From Alphaproteobacteria bacterium (GTDB lineage: Bacteria; Pseudomonadota; Alphaproteobacteria; CAAHEQ01; UBA3637): a DNA stretch of 64,000 nt. The DNA is taken from NCBI GenBank assembly GCA_017559525.1, contig JAFYRI010000009.1:8443-72442 (forward strand). The letters are read 5' to 3'. Positions 51,405-60,576 of the stretch are shown here, in pieces. How positions within the stretch are numbered: position 1 is the stretch's first letter; the number at the start of each line of letters is the position of its first letter. The position numbers and the translations under genes were made by a program. The notes below the pieces were generated by a model. The model was not told the origin of the DNA. It did no database searches and was given only the letters and a program-made list of their open reading frames with translations.

Positions 51405-51965
51405 TTATTGTTGTAATGCCGTTAAAATAATATCACATATATCATCGGGTGTTTTATCTGTCGTATCTACCACTAAATCAAAATAAGATTCATCATCAAT
51501 ATTTACATTATATGTTGTAACAAATCGAGCCACCTCTGACGCGCGTCTTTCCCGTAAAATATCGGCCATTTGCTCTGTGGTTTCGCATTGAACTTCGCTG
51601 GTACGAGATGTGTCATTTAAAACTCGTTTGGCCGCTTCATTTATATCAATATTTAATTTGATTTTGAACGAAGATGGTACAAAGTAAAAAGCCAATCTGG
51701 AATCAATCACATACTTTTTGCCAGTTTGTGTTAATGTGGCAAAAACACCATCAATTTCTTTATCGATATCCGGATTTTTATCTGCGATATGATTAAGTTC
51801 TAAAGTTGTTACACCATATTTTTGAGCGATTTGTCTTTGTGCATTGCCTGTGGAATATGTTTCATACCCCAAACGATTGGCGAGCATTTTCATAATGGTG
51901 GATTTGCCACTGCCCAAAGCACCAGAAATCGTGATGATATCATATTTGATGGCTGGACAAGTCAT
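51405..51965 (-). CDS. Cytidylate-kinase-like / AAA-family P-loop NTP kinase (second cmk-like gene)
   Basis: IITISGALGSGKSTIMKMLANRLGYETYSTGNAQRQ. 186 aa. Confidence 0.55.
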   Translation of the reverse strand: MTCPAIKYDIITISGALGSGKSTIMKMLANRLGYETYSTGNAQRQIAQKYGVTTLELNHIADKNPDIDKEIDGVFATLTQTGKKYVIDSRLAFYFVPSSFKIKLNIDINEAAKRVLNDTSRTSEVQCETTEQMADILRERRASEVARFVTTYNVNIDDESYFDLVVDTTDKTPDDICDIILTALQQ

Positions 51966-51977
51966 TATTATCCTCCG

Positions 51978-53966
51978 TTAAATATCTAAATTTTCAACGA
52001 ACTTTGCATGTTCTTGAATAAATTGGAAACGATGTTCTGGTTTATTACCCATTAAACGATTGACCATATCGGCTGTAAAGGCAAATTCTTCTTGCTCTTC
52101 TTCTGTTGTTTTGTGTGGAATGACGACGCGCAAGAGAGTACGTTTGCTTGGATCCATTGTTGTTTCCTTTAATTGATGAGGTGGCATTTCGCCCAAACCT
52201 TTAAATCGGGAAACTTCCACATTTTTGGCATTTTTAAATTCGGATTTCAATAACCGTTCTTTTTCGGCATCATCACTGGCATAGATAGATTTACCACCTT
52301 GTGTTAAACGATATAATGGTGGCAGGGCCAAAAATAAATGACCATTTTCAATTAATTTGGGCATTTCTTGATAGAAAAACGACATTAACAATGAATCAAT
52401 ATGCGCTCCATCAACATCGGCATCGGTCATGATAATGATTTTATCATATCTGAGACCTTCTTCGTTGTATTTATCACGGCGACCACATCCTAAAGCTTCA
52501 GTAATGTCTTTAATTTCTTCGTTAGCCAATATTTTGTCGTTGCTGGCACTGATAACATTTAAAATTTTACCTCGAATTGGTAAGATGGCTTGAGTTTCAC
52601 GGTTACGAGCTTGTTTTGCCGATCCACCAGCAGAATCACCTTCAACGATGAATAATTCCGTGCCTTCTGTTTTATTATGAGAGCAATCGGCCAGCTTGCC
52701 CGGCAATCTCAATCGTTTAGTTGCCGATGCACGTTGTGTTTCAACGGCTTTTTTCTTGCGTTTGCGTTCTTCGGCCCGTTCCACAATCCATTCCAACAAA
52801 GCGCTGGCAGATTTGACATCTCGGCTGAGCCAGTGGTCAAACGGATCTTTGATGGCATTTTCAACCAAACGTGTTGCCGAAGCTGTTGTCAGTTTTTCCT
52901 TTGTTTGCCCTTGGAATTGAGGGTCCTTAATAAAGACAGACAACATAACACCAGCTGTATTTAAAATATCATCGGCGGTAATGTCGGCAGCTTTTTTATT
53001 GCCACTCATTTCAGCGTAGGCGCGTAAAGATTTTGTTAAGCCGGCGCGTAAACCTGTTTCGTGTGTTCCACCAAGTGGTGTAATAACTGTATTGCAATAG
53101 GTGTAAGAGAAGCCATCTTTGTAATCATCTGGCCAACATACGGCCCATTCTACGGCCCCCATATTGTCTGGGAATTCAACGCGTCCCGTAAAAGCTTCTT
53201 TTGTAACGGCATGACGATCTTTCATCAAATAGTCCAAATAATCGGCAACGCCGTTCGGGAATTTTAAAATATGATCGGTTGGTGTTTTATCATCGCCCGT
53301 AATTAAGGATGCGTCACAATGCCAACGTACTTCAACCCCGCGGAACAAGAAAGCCTTGGTTCTGGCCATGCGGAATAATGTAGCGGGTTTGAAGCGAATG
53401 TGTTCACCAAAAATCTCGGTATCTGGAATAAAACAAACGGAAGTCCCACGACGATTGCTGACCGGTCCTAAGAATGTGACGGGTGTAATGGGTTTGCCTT
53501 GTTTATATTCTTGACGATATAATTTTTTATCTTTTGCAACCTCAATGATTAAGTGGGCTGACAAAGCGTTCACAGCAGACAAACCAACCCCGTGTAAACC
53601 ACCGGATACAGCATAAGCATTCCCGCCGAATTTACCGCCGGAGTGTAAGGTTGTTGTAATAACCTCTAAAGCTGATTTATCAGGGAATTTTGGGTGAGGG
53701 TCCACTGGAATACCACGACCGTTATCTTTGATGGTTACATAACCGTTTTCGCCTAGAGATACCTCAATATTTGTGGCATAACCAGCAACGGCTTCATCCA
53801 TAGCGTTATCAATAATTTCGGCCACCAAGTGATGGTAGGCGCGCTCATCAATTCCACCAATATACATACCGGGGCGTTTACGGACAGGATCTAACCCTTC
53901 CAAAACCTCGATGTCTTTGGCGGAATACTCTGTTTTAGTTGGTGTTGCATTAAATAAATCTGACAT
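51978..53966 (-). CDS. parE: DNA topoisomerase IV subunit B (size favours ParE over GyrB)
   Basis: 662 aa. GHKL ATPase N-terminus EIIDNAMDE...IKDNGRGIP. Toprim EGDSAGGS. PLRGK motif. Confidence 0.8.
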   Translation of the reverse strand: MSDLFNATPTKTEYSAKDIEVLEGLDPVRKRPGMYIGGIDERAYHHLVAEIIDNAMDEAVAGYATNIEVSLGENGYVTIKDNGRGIPVDPHPKFPDKSALEVITTTLHSGGKFGGNAYAVSGGLHGVGLSAVNALSAHLIIEVAKDKKLYRQEYKQGKPITPVTFLGPVSNRRGTSVCFIPDTEIFGEHIRFKPATLFRMARTKAFLFRGVEVRWHCDASLITGDDKTPTDHILKFPNGVADYLDYLMKDRHAVTKEAFTGRVEFPDNMGAVEWAVCWPDDYKDGFSYTYCNTVITPLGGTHETGLRAGLTKSLRAYAEMSGNKKAADITADDILNTAGVMLSVFIKDPQFQGQTKEKLTTASATRLVENAIKDPFDHWLSRDVKSASALLEWIVERAEERKRKKKAVETQRASATKRLRLPGKLADCSHNKTEGTELFIVEGDSAGGSAKQARNRETQAILPIRGKILNVISASNDKILANEEIKDITEALGCGRRDKYNEEGLRYDKIIIMTDADVDGAHIDSLLMSFFYQEMPKLIENGHLFLALPPLYRLTQGGKSIYASDDAEKERLLKSEFKNAKNVEVSRFKGLGEMPPHQLKETTMDPSKRTLLRVVIPHKTTEEEQEEFAFTADMVNRLMGNKPEHRFQFIQEHAKFVENLDI

Positions 53967-54080
53967 ACCCCTACATTACCGAATAAAAATCAAAAATGCA
54001 AGGGAAATAATGAAAAATATGTTTAAAATTGAATATGATTAATGATATATTTATATAAATGATATATTTTGTGAATTTTA

Positions 54081-54109
54081 TTGACAAAAATCAAAGGTTG
54101 TGGTATATC
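54081..54109 (+). promoter_or_regulatory. Candidate sigma70 promoter (TTGACA-17-TATATC) for the 54140 gene
   Basis: Seen directly, 30 nt upstream of the ATG. Confidence 0.4.
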
Positions 54110-54139
54110 TTATCAAATTTTTTTAAAAGGAAATAAGTT

Positions 54140-55240
54140 ATGAACATAACCTCAATTACATCATCTGTTGAAAAGTATTTTGGACTTGAACAAAATTATG
54201 AAGCGCATCCGATTTTGGATGACGCCTTAAGTTGTAAGCCTAAAAATGTTGTTATGATTGTTATTGATGCTTTGGGGGACTGTGTTTTAAGACATCATTC
54301 ACCATGCGGTTTTTTTAATGCGCATAAAAAAGATTTACTACAAACGGTGATACCGACCACAACGGTAGCTGCGAATACAACGTTGAAAACTGGTTTGATG
54401 CCACATCAGCATGGTCGTATTGGGTGGTCTCAGTATTTTTCTGAGATAAATGAGGTCGTGAATATTTTTTCAAATACAAATTTTGATACAGATCAACCAT
54501 CTAGGTTATCTGTTCCGTCTTATACACCGACATGTAAAACAATTGTGGAAAGAATAAATGAAAAAGGTCAAAAAGCCTATGAAGTTATGCCTGAATGGGC
54601 ACCTAACGGATGTAAAACATTTGATGAATGGTGCGCTCGTATTCGCATGTTATGTCATGAAGATGGAAAAAAATATATTTATGCTTATTGGGGGGAATTG
54701 GATTCAAAATTGCATTTTAATGGCATTGGGACAGAAGTGGTTCAGCAAACACTTGATATGATGGAGGAAAAATTGGCCAGATTGTCAGTTTTGGTTCCCG
54801 ATACCGTTTTTGTTATTACGGCTGATCATGGACATAAAAAGACGCAACCGCTTTATTTATCAAGAGACTACCCGGAAATTGTTAATATGATGGCTCAGCC
54901 AAATTCACTGGAAACAAGATGTGCAGCTTTTCATATCAAGGATGAATATAAGGATATTTTTCCACATAAATTTAGACAACTGTTCCCAGACTTTCACTTA
55001 TTAACGGGGCAAGACTTTATTCGTCTATTAGGTGGATGTGAACATCCCCATGTAAAGGATGCTGTCGGTGATTATGTTGCACTTGCGACAGGGGAACGCT
55101 CGTTAACATGGAAGTATGAAAAAGAGTGGGTTATGACATCAGAGCATGCCGGTATTACACGAGATGAGATGATGGTACCCTTAATTATTATTCGTAATAG
55201 CCGTGCAAAACGAGTAATAGAACGCGTGCAAACAAGGTAA
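54140..55240 (+). CDS. Alkaline-phosphatase-superfamily metalloenzyme (phosphodiesterase / nucleotide pyrophosphatase-like)
   Basis: VVMIVIDALGD metal-binding start and ITADHGH motif. Confidence 0.55.
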   Translation: MNITSITSSVEKYFGLEQNYEAHPILDDALSCKPKNVVMIVIDALGDCVLRHHSPCGFFNAHKKDLLQTVIPTTTVAANTTLKTGLMPHQHGRIGWSQYFSEINEVVNIFSNTNFDTDQPSRLSVPSYTPTCKTIVERINEKGQKAYEVMPEWAPNGCKTFDEWCARIRMLCHEDGKKYIYAYWGELDSKLHFNGIGTEVVQQTLDMMEEKLARLSVLVPDTVFVITADHGHKKTQPLYLSRDYPEIVNMMAQPNSLETRCAAFHIKDEYKDIFPHKFRQLFPDFHLLTGQDFIRLLGGCEHPHVKDAVGDYVALATGERSLTWKYEKEWVMTSEHAGITRDEMMVPLIIIRNSRAKRVIERVQTR

Positions 55241-55244
55241 AAAA

Positions 55245-55277
55245 CGGACAGCCTTTGAGACTGTCCGCCGATTTTTC
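55245..55277. terminator. Bidirectional terminator between convergent genes
   Basis: CGGACAG-CCTTTGAGA-CTGTCCG followed by CCGATTTTTCG. An A-run precedes it. Confidence 0.65.
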
Positions 55278-55288
55278 GTTCGTGTTTC

Positions 55289-55864
55289 TTAGAAAGAATA
55301 ACGAGCTGTTAACTTAATGTCATGAGACGTTAATTCTTCGGATTTGTGTCCAGAGAAGCCTTCATGAGCTTTGATTCTGGCTTTTCCTAAGTCTGTATAG
55401 CGGTAACCCAAATCCAATGCCCAACATTCATTGATGTTATATTCAACACCAGCACCTAAGTTCCAAGCAAAACTGACTTTGTCTTTTGAACTGGCATTTA
55501 TTGTGGAATCTGTATGGTTATAGGATAGACCTAAACCTGCCATAGCATAAACGCCCATGCCACCATAAACTGGATATGTGCCATAGATGTTTAATAAGAC
55601 TGGAACTGACCAAGAATCAGCTTTTTTTCCGCCGTTTTTGAAATCAATTTTGTTCCATCCACGATAATCAACGATAATATCGGAACGTAACATTTCGTTT
55701 AATTCGTAACCAGCACCAACCCCCATAATAACAGCGCCGTCTGTATTTTTTGTGCCGAAACCGTAACCAGCGTTTACTACGCCGTACATATCACGGGCAG
55801 AAGCACCTGTTGCAGCAACCATAATGCCAGCTAGAGCTAATGAAGATAATAAATATTTTTTCAT
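55289..55864 (-). CDS. Outer membrane beta-barrel protein (OmpA-like/OmpW-like porin family)
   Basis: Signal peptide MKKYLLSSLALAGIMVAATGASA. Alternating amphipathic strands. C-terminal ...ARYSF with terminal Phe. Confidence 0.7.
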   Translation of the reverse strand: MKKYLLSSLALAGIMVAATGASARDMYGVVNAGYGFGTKNTDGAVIMGVGAGYELNEMLRSDIIVDYRGWNKIDFKNGGKKADSWSVPVLLNIYGTYPVYGGMGVYAMAGLGLSYNHTDSTINASSKDKVSFAWNLGAGVEYNINECWALDLGYRYTDLGKARIKAHEGFSGHKSEELTSHDIKLTARYSF

Positions 55865-56094
55865 TTTTGTCTCCTTATATTTTATGAAAAATGTTTTTCA
55901 ACAATGAAATTTTAGGTATTGTTTTATCAAAAATCCAGTCTTTTAGTGATTTTTTTTTAAATAAATATATATATATGTTTTTGATATATTTTTGTATGTA
56001 AAAAAATAAAAGTATAGAAAATAAAACTTGTATTTTTTATATTTTTTGTTTATCTTATTTGTTAGTATAAACATTATGATAGGAGCTTGAACTT

Positions 56095-56556
56095 ATGGCT
56101 AGTGCAGGAAATGCTCAAATTATTCGTGAAATTATTAATTCGGATGAACAATATATATGGGATGTAACAGGATCTGTTGCCGATGTAAAATATAATCCAA
56201 TTTATTTAATTTTAAGTATTGTAACATTAGGTATCTTTTTGTTGGTATTGTACTTTAAACGGATTTTTCGAGCTTATGTTTTGACTAATCAACGCTTGAT
56301 CGTTATTACGGGCATTTTTAGCAAGCGCGTGGATGAAATTGAATTGTTCCGTATTGTGGATAGTTCAACTAGTCAATCATTGATTGATAGATGGGCCAAT
56401 ATTGGCAATATTTATATTTCTTCAACAGATAGAACGGGTGATGTGTTAATGGAAAAAATTCCATCTCCGTATTTTGTACGTGATTCTTTGCGTCAAAATT
56501 ATACGTATGCTCGTCAGAAAAAGGGTACAGTTGTTTTGGAAAATTTGGCGACATAG
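56095..56556 (+). CDS. Membrane-anchored bacterial PH-domain protein (bPH_2 / DUF304, YdbS-like)
   Basis: TM YLILSIVTLGIFLLVLYF, then YVLTNQRLIVITGIFSKRVDEIELFRIVD. Confidence 0.6.
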   Translation: MASAGNAQIIREIINSDEQYIWDVTGSVADVKYNPIYLILSIVTLGIFLLVLYFKRIFRAYVLTNQRLIVITGIFSKRVDEIELFRIVDSSTSQSLIDRWANIGNIYISSTDRTGDVLMEKIPSPYFVRDSLRQNYTYARQKKGTVVLENLAT

Positions 56557-56570
56557 TTTTTATGTTGTTC

Positions 56571-56601
56571 AAAAATCTCCGTTTTTACGGAGATTTTTTT
56601 G
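56571..56601. terminator. Intrinsic terminator
   Basis: AAAAA-TCTCCG-TTTTTA-CGGAGA-TTTTTTT. Confidence 0.7.
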
Positions 56602-56624
56602 TAATAGATTATATGTTATTAACA

Positions 56625-56657
56625 AAAAGCATCTCTATTTATAAGAGATGCTTTTAT
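56625..56657. terminator. Second terminator-like hairpin
   Basis: AAAA-GCATCTCT-ATTTATA-AGAGATGC-TTTTAT perfect 8-bp stem. Confidence 0.5.
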
Positions 56658-56717
56658 AAATTAGAAAGCCTCCTAATTTAATAATATATTGTTATTTTAA
56701 GAAGGAGGGGGTAGGGG

Positions 56718-56825
56718 TTGTTAAGTATCCTTCTCGGGGCGTTTCTGGGAAACAATCTAGATGTCTTGTTTCTGGTTTACAGCAAATATACTTGCCGTCT
56801 TTTGCTTTTCAGAACAGCAAGTTAG
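56718..56825 (+). other. Candidate small hydrophobic ORF (35 aa, TTG start) behind a strong SD that can pair into a hairpin
   Basis: GAAGGAGGGGG at 56701-56711, then TTG at 56718. Product MLSILLGAFLGNNLDVLFLVYSKYTCRLLLFRTAS. TCCTTC at 56728-56733 is complementary to the SD core GAAGGA. Confidence 0.2.
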
Positions 56826-57052
56826 AACTCCACTTTCTGAAACTAAATATGTTAATTCGCAACATTGTTCTTGTTTTGAAGATAATTTGTATCGCATTTT
56901 TTAATTGTTTTTCTTTCATTTTCTTTATCTTTTTCTAAAACAATGTTGATTGATCGGATTATGATAAATTATAATTGATCCATTATTTAAATAATAATGA
57001 AAAATTCAATAATAATTTTTTTATATAATTTATATCGGGGGATGATAAATAC

Positions 57053-57084
57053 ACAAAACACCCCTTGAAAAAGGAGTGTTTTGT
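57053..57084 (-). terminator. Intrinsic terminator of rplU-rpmA
   Basis: ACAAAACACCCCTT-GAAAA-AAGGAGTGTTTTGT, with one mismatch. Confidence 0.6.
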
Positions 57085-57132
57085 ATATTTGTTCAAATAT
57101 TTTAACGATTGGAATGAAATCCCAAAAAAGTC

Positions 57133-57402
57133 TTAATTATTAGACCCTGTTAAAGCTTTAACACAAGCATAGATACGATCTTTGAAAGAACGTTTGAAAA
57201 CCACTACGCCATCTGCTTTGGCAAATAAAGTGTGATCTTTACCCATGCCAACATTTTCACCAGCACGGTATACTGTGCCACGTTGACGGACGATAATGTT
57301 TCCGGCAATAACGGATTGACCACCGGATTTCTTTAAACCTAATCTTCTACCTTCTGAGTCGCGACCGTTTCTGGTACTACCGCCTGCTTTCTTATGTGCC
57401 AT
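57133..57402 (-). CDS. rpmA: 50S ribosomal protein L27
   Basis: [24 protein letters not shown]. Confidence 0.95.
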   Translation of the reverse strand: MAHKKAGGSTRNGRDSEGRRLGLKKSGGQSVIAGNIIVRQRGTVYRAGENVGMGKDHTLFAKADGVVVFKRSFKDRIYACVKALTGSNN

Positions 57403-57419
57403 TTGATATCTCCTTTATC

Positions 57420-57719
57420 TTAAGCGTTAATATCCGTGATGCGAATCACAGTTAAATCTTGTTTATGACCTTGTTTTCTTTTATAACCGTGACGACGGAT
57501 TTTTTTGAAAACGATAACTTTTTCACCGCGGGTTTGTTTTACAATTTCACCAGCTACAGAAGCGCCAGCCACCAAAGGAGCGCCGACTTTATCACCGGCC
57601 ATTAAAACTTCATCAAAAGACACTTTTGTGCCGGCTTCACCCGGAATTGTTTCCGTAATGATGATAGAATCTTTTTGAACTTTGTATTGTTTTCCGCCTG
57701 TTTTAATTACTGCAAACAT
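57420..57719 (-). CDS. rplU: 50S ribosomal protein L21
   Basis: MFAVIKTGGKQYKV. Confidence 0.95.
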   Translation of the reverse strand: MFAVIKTGGKQYKVQKDSIIITETIPGEAGTKVSFDEVLMAGDKVGAPLVAGASVAGEIVKQTRGEKVIVFKKIRRHGYKRKQGHKQDLTVIRITDINA

Positions 57720-57756
57720 TGTTTAATTCCTTTATTTTTCCCAAAATAGGATTGCA

Positions 57757-57785
57757 TTTATACACTATTTTTAAACGAATGTCAA
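57757..57785 (-). promoter_or_regulatory. Sigma70 promoter for rplU-rpmA (TTGACA-17-TATAAA on the minus strand)
   Basis: Minus strand reads TTGACATTCGTTTAAAAATAGTGTATAAAT. Confidence 0.55.
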
Positions 57786-57944
57786 CAATAAAATTGTCGA
57801 CATGCATTATTTTTTTATAACTCACAACAACAGAACCCATAAAATCAAGTGTTCCATCGTTGTAAGATCAAGCTGTTGCTTTTTACTGGACATTAACATA
57901 AAAATTTTCTATTGTAAAGAAAAAACTTCAAGAAAGAGGGGAAA

Positions 57945-58607
57945 ATGACAAAAAAAGATAAGAAAAATCAAAAAACAACATTGAAAACTTATTTTTTGAC
58001 TGGTATTTTGGTGACGGCTCCGATAGGCTTAACCTTATGGTTAGCTTGGAAAATTGCTTCATATATTGACACGCGTGTTATTGCCTTAATTCCGGAAAAG
58101 TATAATCCGACAACGTATTTAACTTATGGTATCCCGGGTTTGGGGATTTTATTGTTGGTTAGCTTTTTAATTATTGTAGGGATGTTTACGGCCAGTTATT
58201 TTGGGCGAATTGGGGCTAGATTTTGGCGACGTCTAATTGCTAGGATGCCTGTTTTATCTGGTGTCTATAATGCCTTTAAAAAAGTATTTGAAACGATGCT
58301 GGGAGCTGGTAAAGAAACGGCATTTCGTAAAGCTGTTTTGGTGGAATTTCCACGACGCGATATGTGGACTATTGCTTTTGTTGCGGGCGCTACCTATAGT
58401 GGGGTGCAAGATAAATTTAAATCTGAGTTGATTAGTGTGTATGTGCCAACAACGCCAAATCCGACATCAGGATACTTTGTTTATGTGCCGAAAAAAGATA
58501 TTATAGAATTGGATATCGGTGTTGATGAGGCATTTAAAATGGTTGTTTCTACAGGTATTGTAAATCCGGAAAAAGTGAAGAAAATAAAAAAAGTATCTGC
58601 GAAATAA
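57945..58607 (+). CDS. DUF502 family membrane protein
   Basis: FLTGILVTAPIGLTLWLAWKIASYIDT...VPTTPNPTSGYFVYVPK. Confidence 0.7.
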   Translation: MTKKDKKNQKTTLKTYFLTGILVTAPIGLTLWLAWKIASYIDTRVIALIPEKYNPTTYLTYGIPGLGILLLVSFLIIVGMFTASYFGRIGARFWRRLIARMPVLSGVYNAFKKVFETMLGAGKETAFRKAVLVEFPRRDMWTIAFVAGATYSGVQDKFKSELISVYVPTTPNPTSGYFVYVPKKDIIELDIGVDEAFKMVVSTGIVNPEKVKKIKKVSAK

Positions 58608-58648
58608 AACAGTGATAACCTCTTTTTATCATTGAGAAAGGATTTAAA

Positions 58649-59062
58649 ATGAATAAAGATTTGATGAAGATGAGTATATTGTCATTTGCGATTGTTATGG
58701 GGATGACAGGATGTGATGAGGACAAACCCCAAAAAAAGGCGTTAATTAACAATACGCCTATAGCAACCGTAACCCCGAATCCGGAAGATACTCTTGTGGG
58801 CACTGTTATTGCGACAAAAACTTATCCCAACTCAGTCGGTGCATATGGCGCCAAAAGATTATCACATTCCTTATTTTTTATAGATACAGATGGAGATACA
58901 AAAACGGCGGAATATATTGGCGCAATATATTATCCGGATGATAATTATATCCAAGGAGCCGGTCAAGCCTTTAATGCCGAACGGACTGGTATGAAAAAAA
59001 CGATTGCTCAGTGGCGTCGGACTTTGGATTATTTTCAGAAAATACAAAAGGAAAAAGAATAG
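58649..59062 (+). CDS. Hypothetical lipoprotein
   Basis: MNKDLMKMSILSFAIVMGMTGCDED lipobox. Confidence 0.5.
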   Translation: MNKDLMKMSILSFAIVMGMTGCDEDKPQKKALINNTPIATVTPNPEDTLVGTVIATKTYPNSVGAYGAKRLSHSLFFIDTDGDTKTAEYIGAIYYPDDNYIQGAGQAFNAERTGMKKTIAQWRRTLDYFQKIQKEKE

Positions 59063-59110
59063 ATTTTATTTTTTTCTTAAAAAAATGCCTTTGTGTCACA
59101 GAGGGATTTT

Positions 59111-59671
59111 TTATTTCGGTGTTCGTTCCGTTAAATATTTATAAGCGTCCGTTAATTTTTTAAACAGTTTGGTAGCCTCTTTCACATCAGTGTCTGCTGT
59201 ATCTGGATGATATTTTTTTGCCAGCTTTTTGTATTGTTTTTTTAAATCGGTATGAGTGAAAGGAATGTTTAATTCCATAAATTCGGCTGCTTGTACATAT
59301 TTTTTTTCAAAATTGCTTTGTGGTTTTGTTGGTGGAGTGTGCTTGCCATCCATGCCTAATCCAATATCTTCAAAAATACCAAAAGAGTCTTTTATTTTAT
59401 CTGCTCGTGGTGTTGTTCCGTGTCCTAATTTCCAAGTTGGTCGTTGCCATGTGATATCGTTTTTCCAATGTTCTTCAATCTCATCAGCAGATAAGCCTTG
59501 ATAAAAATTCCAATTTTTGTTGTATTCGGCGGCATGTTTTTGGCAAAACCAATAATAATCGCGCAAACTTCTGTCTTTTGGGGCGCGACATGTGCCGGCT
59601 TCTTCACAATTTGGATGATCACAGGTGCGAGTCGGATTTGTCGTATTTTTTGTGTTTCGGCGTGTTATCAT
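59111..59671 (-). CDS. J-domain protein with C-terminal DnaJ domain and N-terminal Cys/His cluster
   Basis: C-terminal KKQYKKLAKKYHPDTADTDVKEATKLFKKLTDAYKYL (HPD motif). N-terminal CDHPNCEEAGTC...CQKH. Confidence 0.7.
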   Translation of the reverse strand: MITRRNTKNTTNPTRTCDHPNCEEAGTCRAPKDRSLRDYYWFCQKHAAEYNKNWNFYQGLSADEIEEHWKNDITWQRPTWKLGHGTTPRADKIKDSFGIFEDIGLGMDGKHTPPTKPQSNFEKKYVQAAEFMELNIPFTHTDLKKQYKKLAKKYHPDTADTDVKEATKLFKKLTDAYKYLTERTPK

Positions 59672-59800
59672 TTTTTTTCTCTTTATACTGTAAAATATGT
59701 TTGTATTAAAAAAATAGAGTGTCTCAGTTGCATTTTATGATATGGCATATTATACTATAGGGGTTATTGTCAATCTAACATGAAAATATAGGGGGAAAAT

Positions 59801-60079
59801 ATGTTAGTATGTAAAAATGTTATTGTAAATGGTCGTCGAACAAGTATGAGACTGGATAGAGAAACTTGGACTTCTCTACATGATATTTGTGCCAGGGAAC
59901 GAATAAACATTCATGAACTATGCTCGAAAATCGATAGTGTCCGAGGTAAATCGGGATTGTCTTCGGCTACCAGATTGTTTGTTTTAACTTATTTCCGCTT
60001 TACACTCAATAAGTATGAAAAGGAAGCTTTTAATATTTCGCCCGAGTATAATCCGCAGATTATATTAGCTCGGGCGTGA
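59801..60079 (+). CDS. Ribbon-helix-helix domain protein (RHH_4-like family common in Alphaproteobacteria)
   Basis: NGRRTSMRLDRETWTSLHDICARERINIHELCSKID...LSSATRLFVLTYF matches the RHH_4 pattern. Confidence 0.55.
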   Translation: MLVCKNVIVNGRRTSMRLDRETWTSLHDICARERINIHELCSKIDSVRGKSGLSSATRLFVLTYFRFTLNKYEKEAFNISPEYNPQIILARA

Positions 60080-60090
60080 TATTGGATAAC

Positions 60091-60414
60091 TTATTTTAAA
60101 GTGCAAATATTTTTGTTGTCACATTTAAATGTTTCATTCCCCCATTTATCCCATTTAATAGTTAATAAACCATTTTGATTGGAAATGATGGTTGCTGTAT
60201 CGCCATTTACATTAGATACAATGCGATTCTCTCCTGTTTTTGTTAATCTGCCAGTCCAATTTGGATGGTTGATTACCCAAGGTCCATTAATGGAAGGTTG
60301 AGTTTTGTTTGCAAAGATTTGTGTTAAATTTTTGCTTTGAGTTTTATGAGCTACATAAGCTCCGCTGCCTAATCCTAAGCAAGCGATAACAATTAAAATT
60401 ACAGCTTTTTTCAT
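60091..60414 (-). CDS. Hypothetical lipoprotein / secreted small protein
   Basis: MKKAVILIVIACLGLGSGAYVA signal. Confidence 0.5.
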   Translation of the reverse strand: MKKAVILIVIACLGLGSGAYVAHKTQSKNLTQIFANKTQPSINGPWVINHPNWTGRLTKTGENRIVSNVNGDTATIISNQNGLLTIKWDKWGNETFKCDNKNICTLK

Positions 60415-60576
60415 TATAATCTCCTAAAAATGTCTAAAAAAACCTTTTTTAACTTAGCTGTATTATTTGAAAAAATCAATTCTTTTTTTTATTTAATATC
60501 ATTTTTTACTAGCCAAAATAACTTTTTTTGGTTATAATCCTATCATATTTGCAAATTTTCTTTAAAGGTATGCCGT

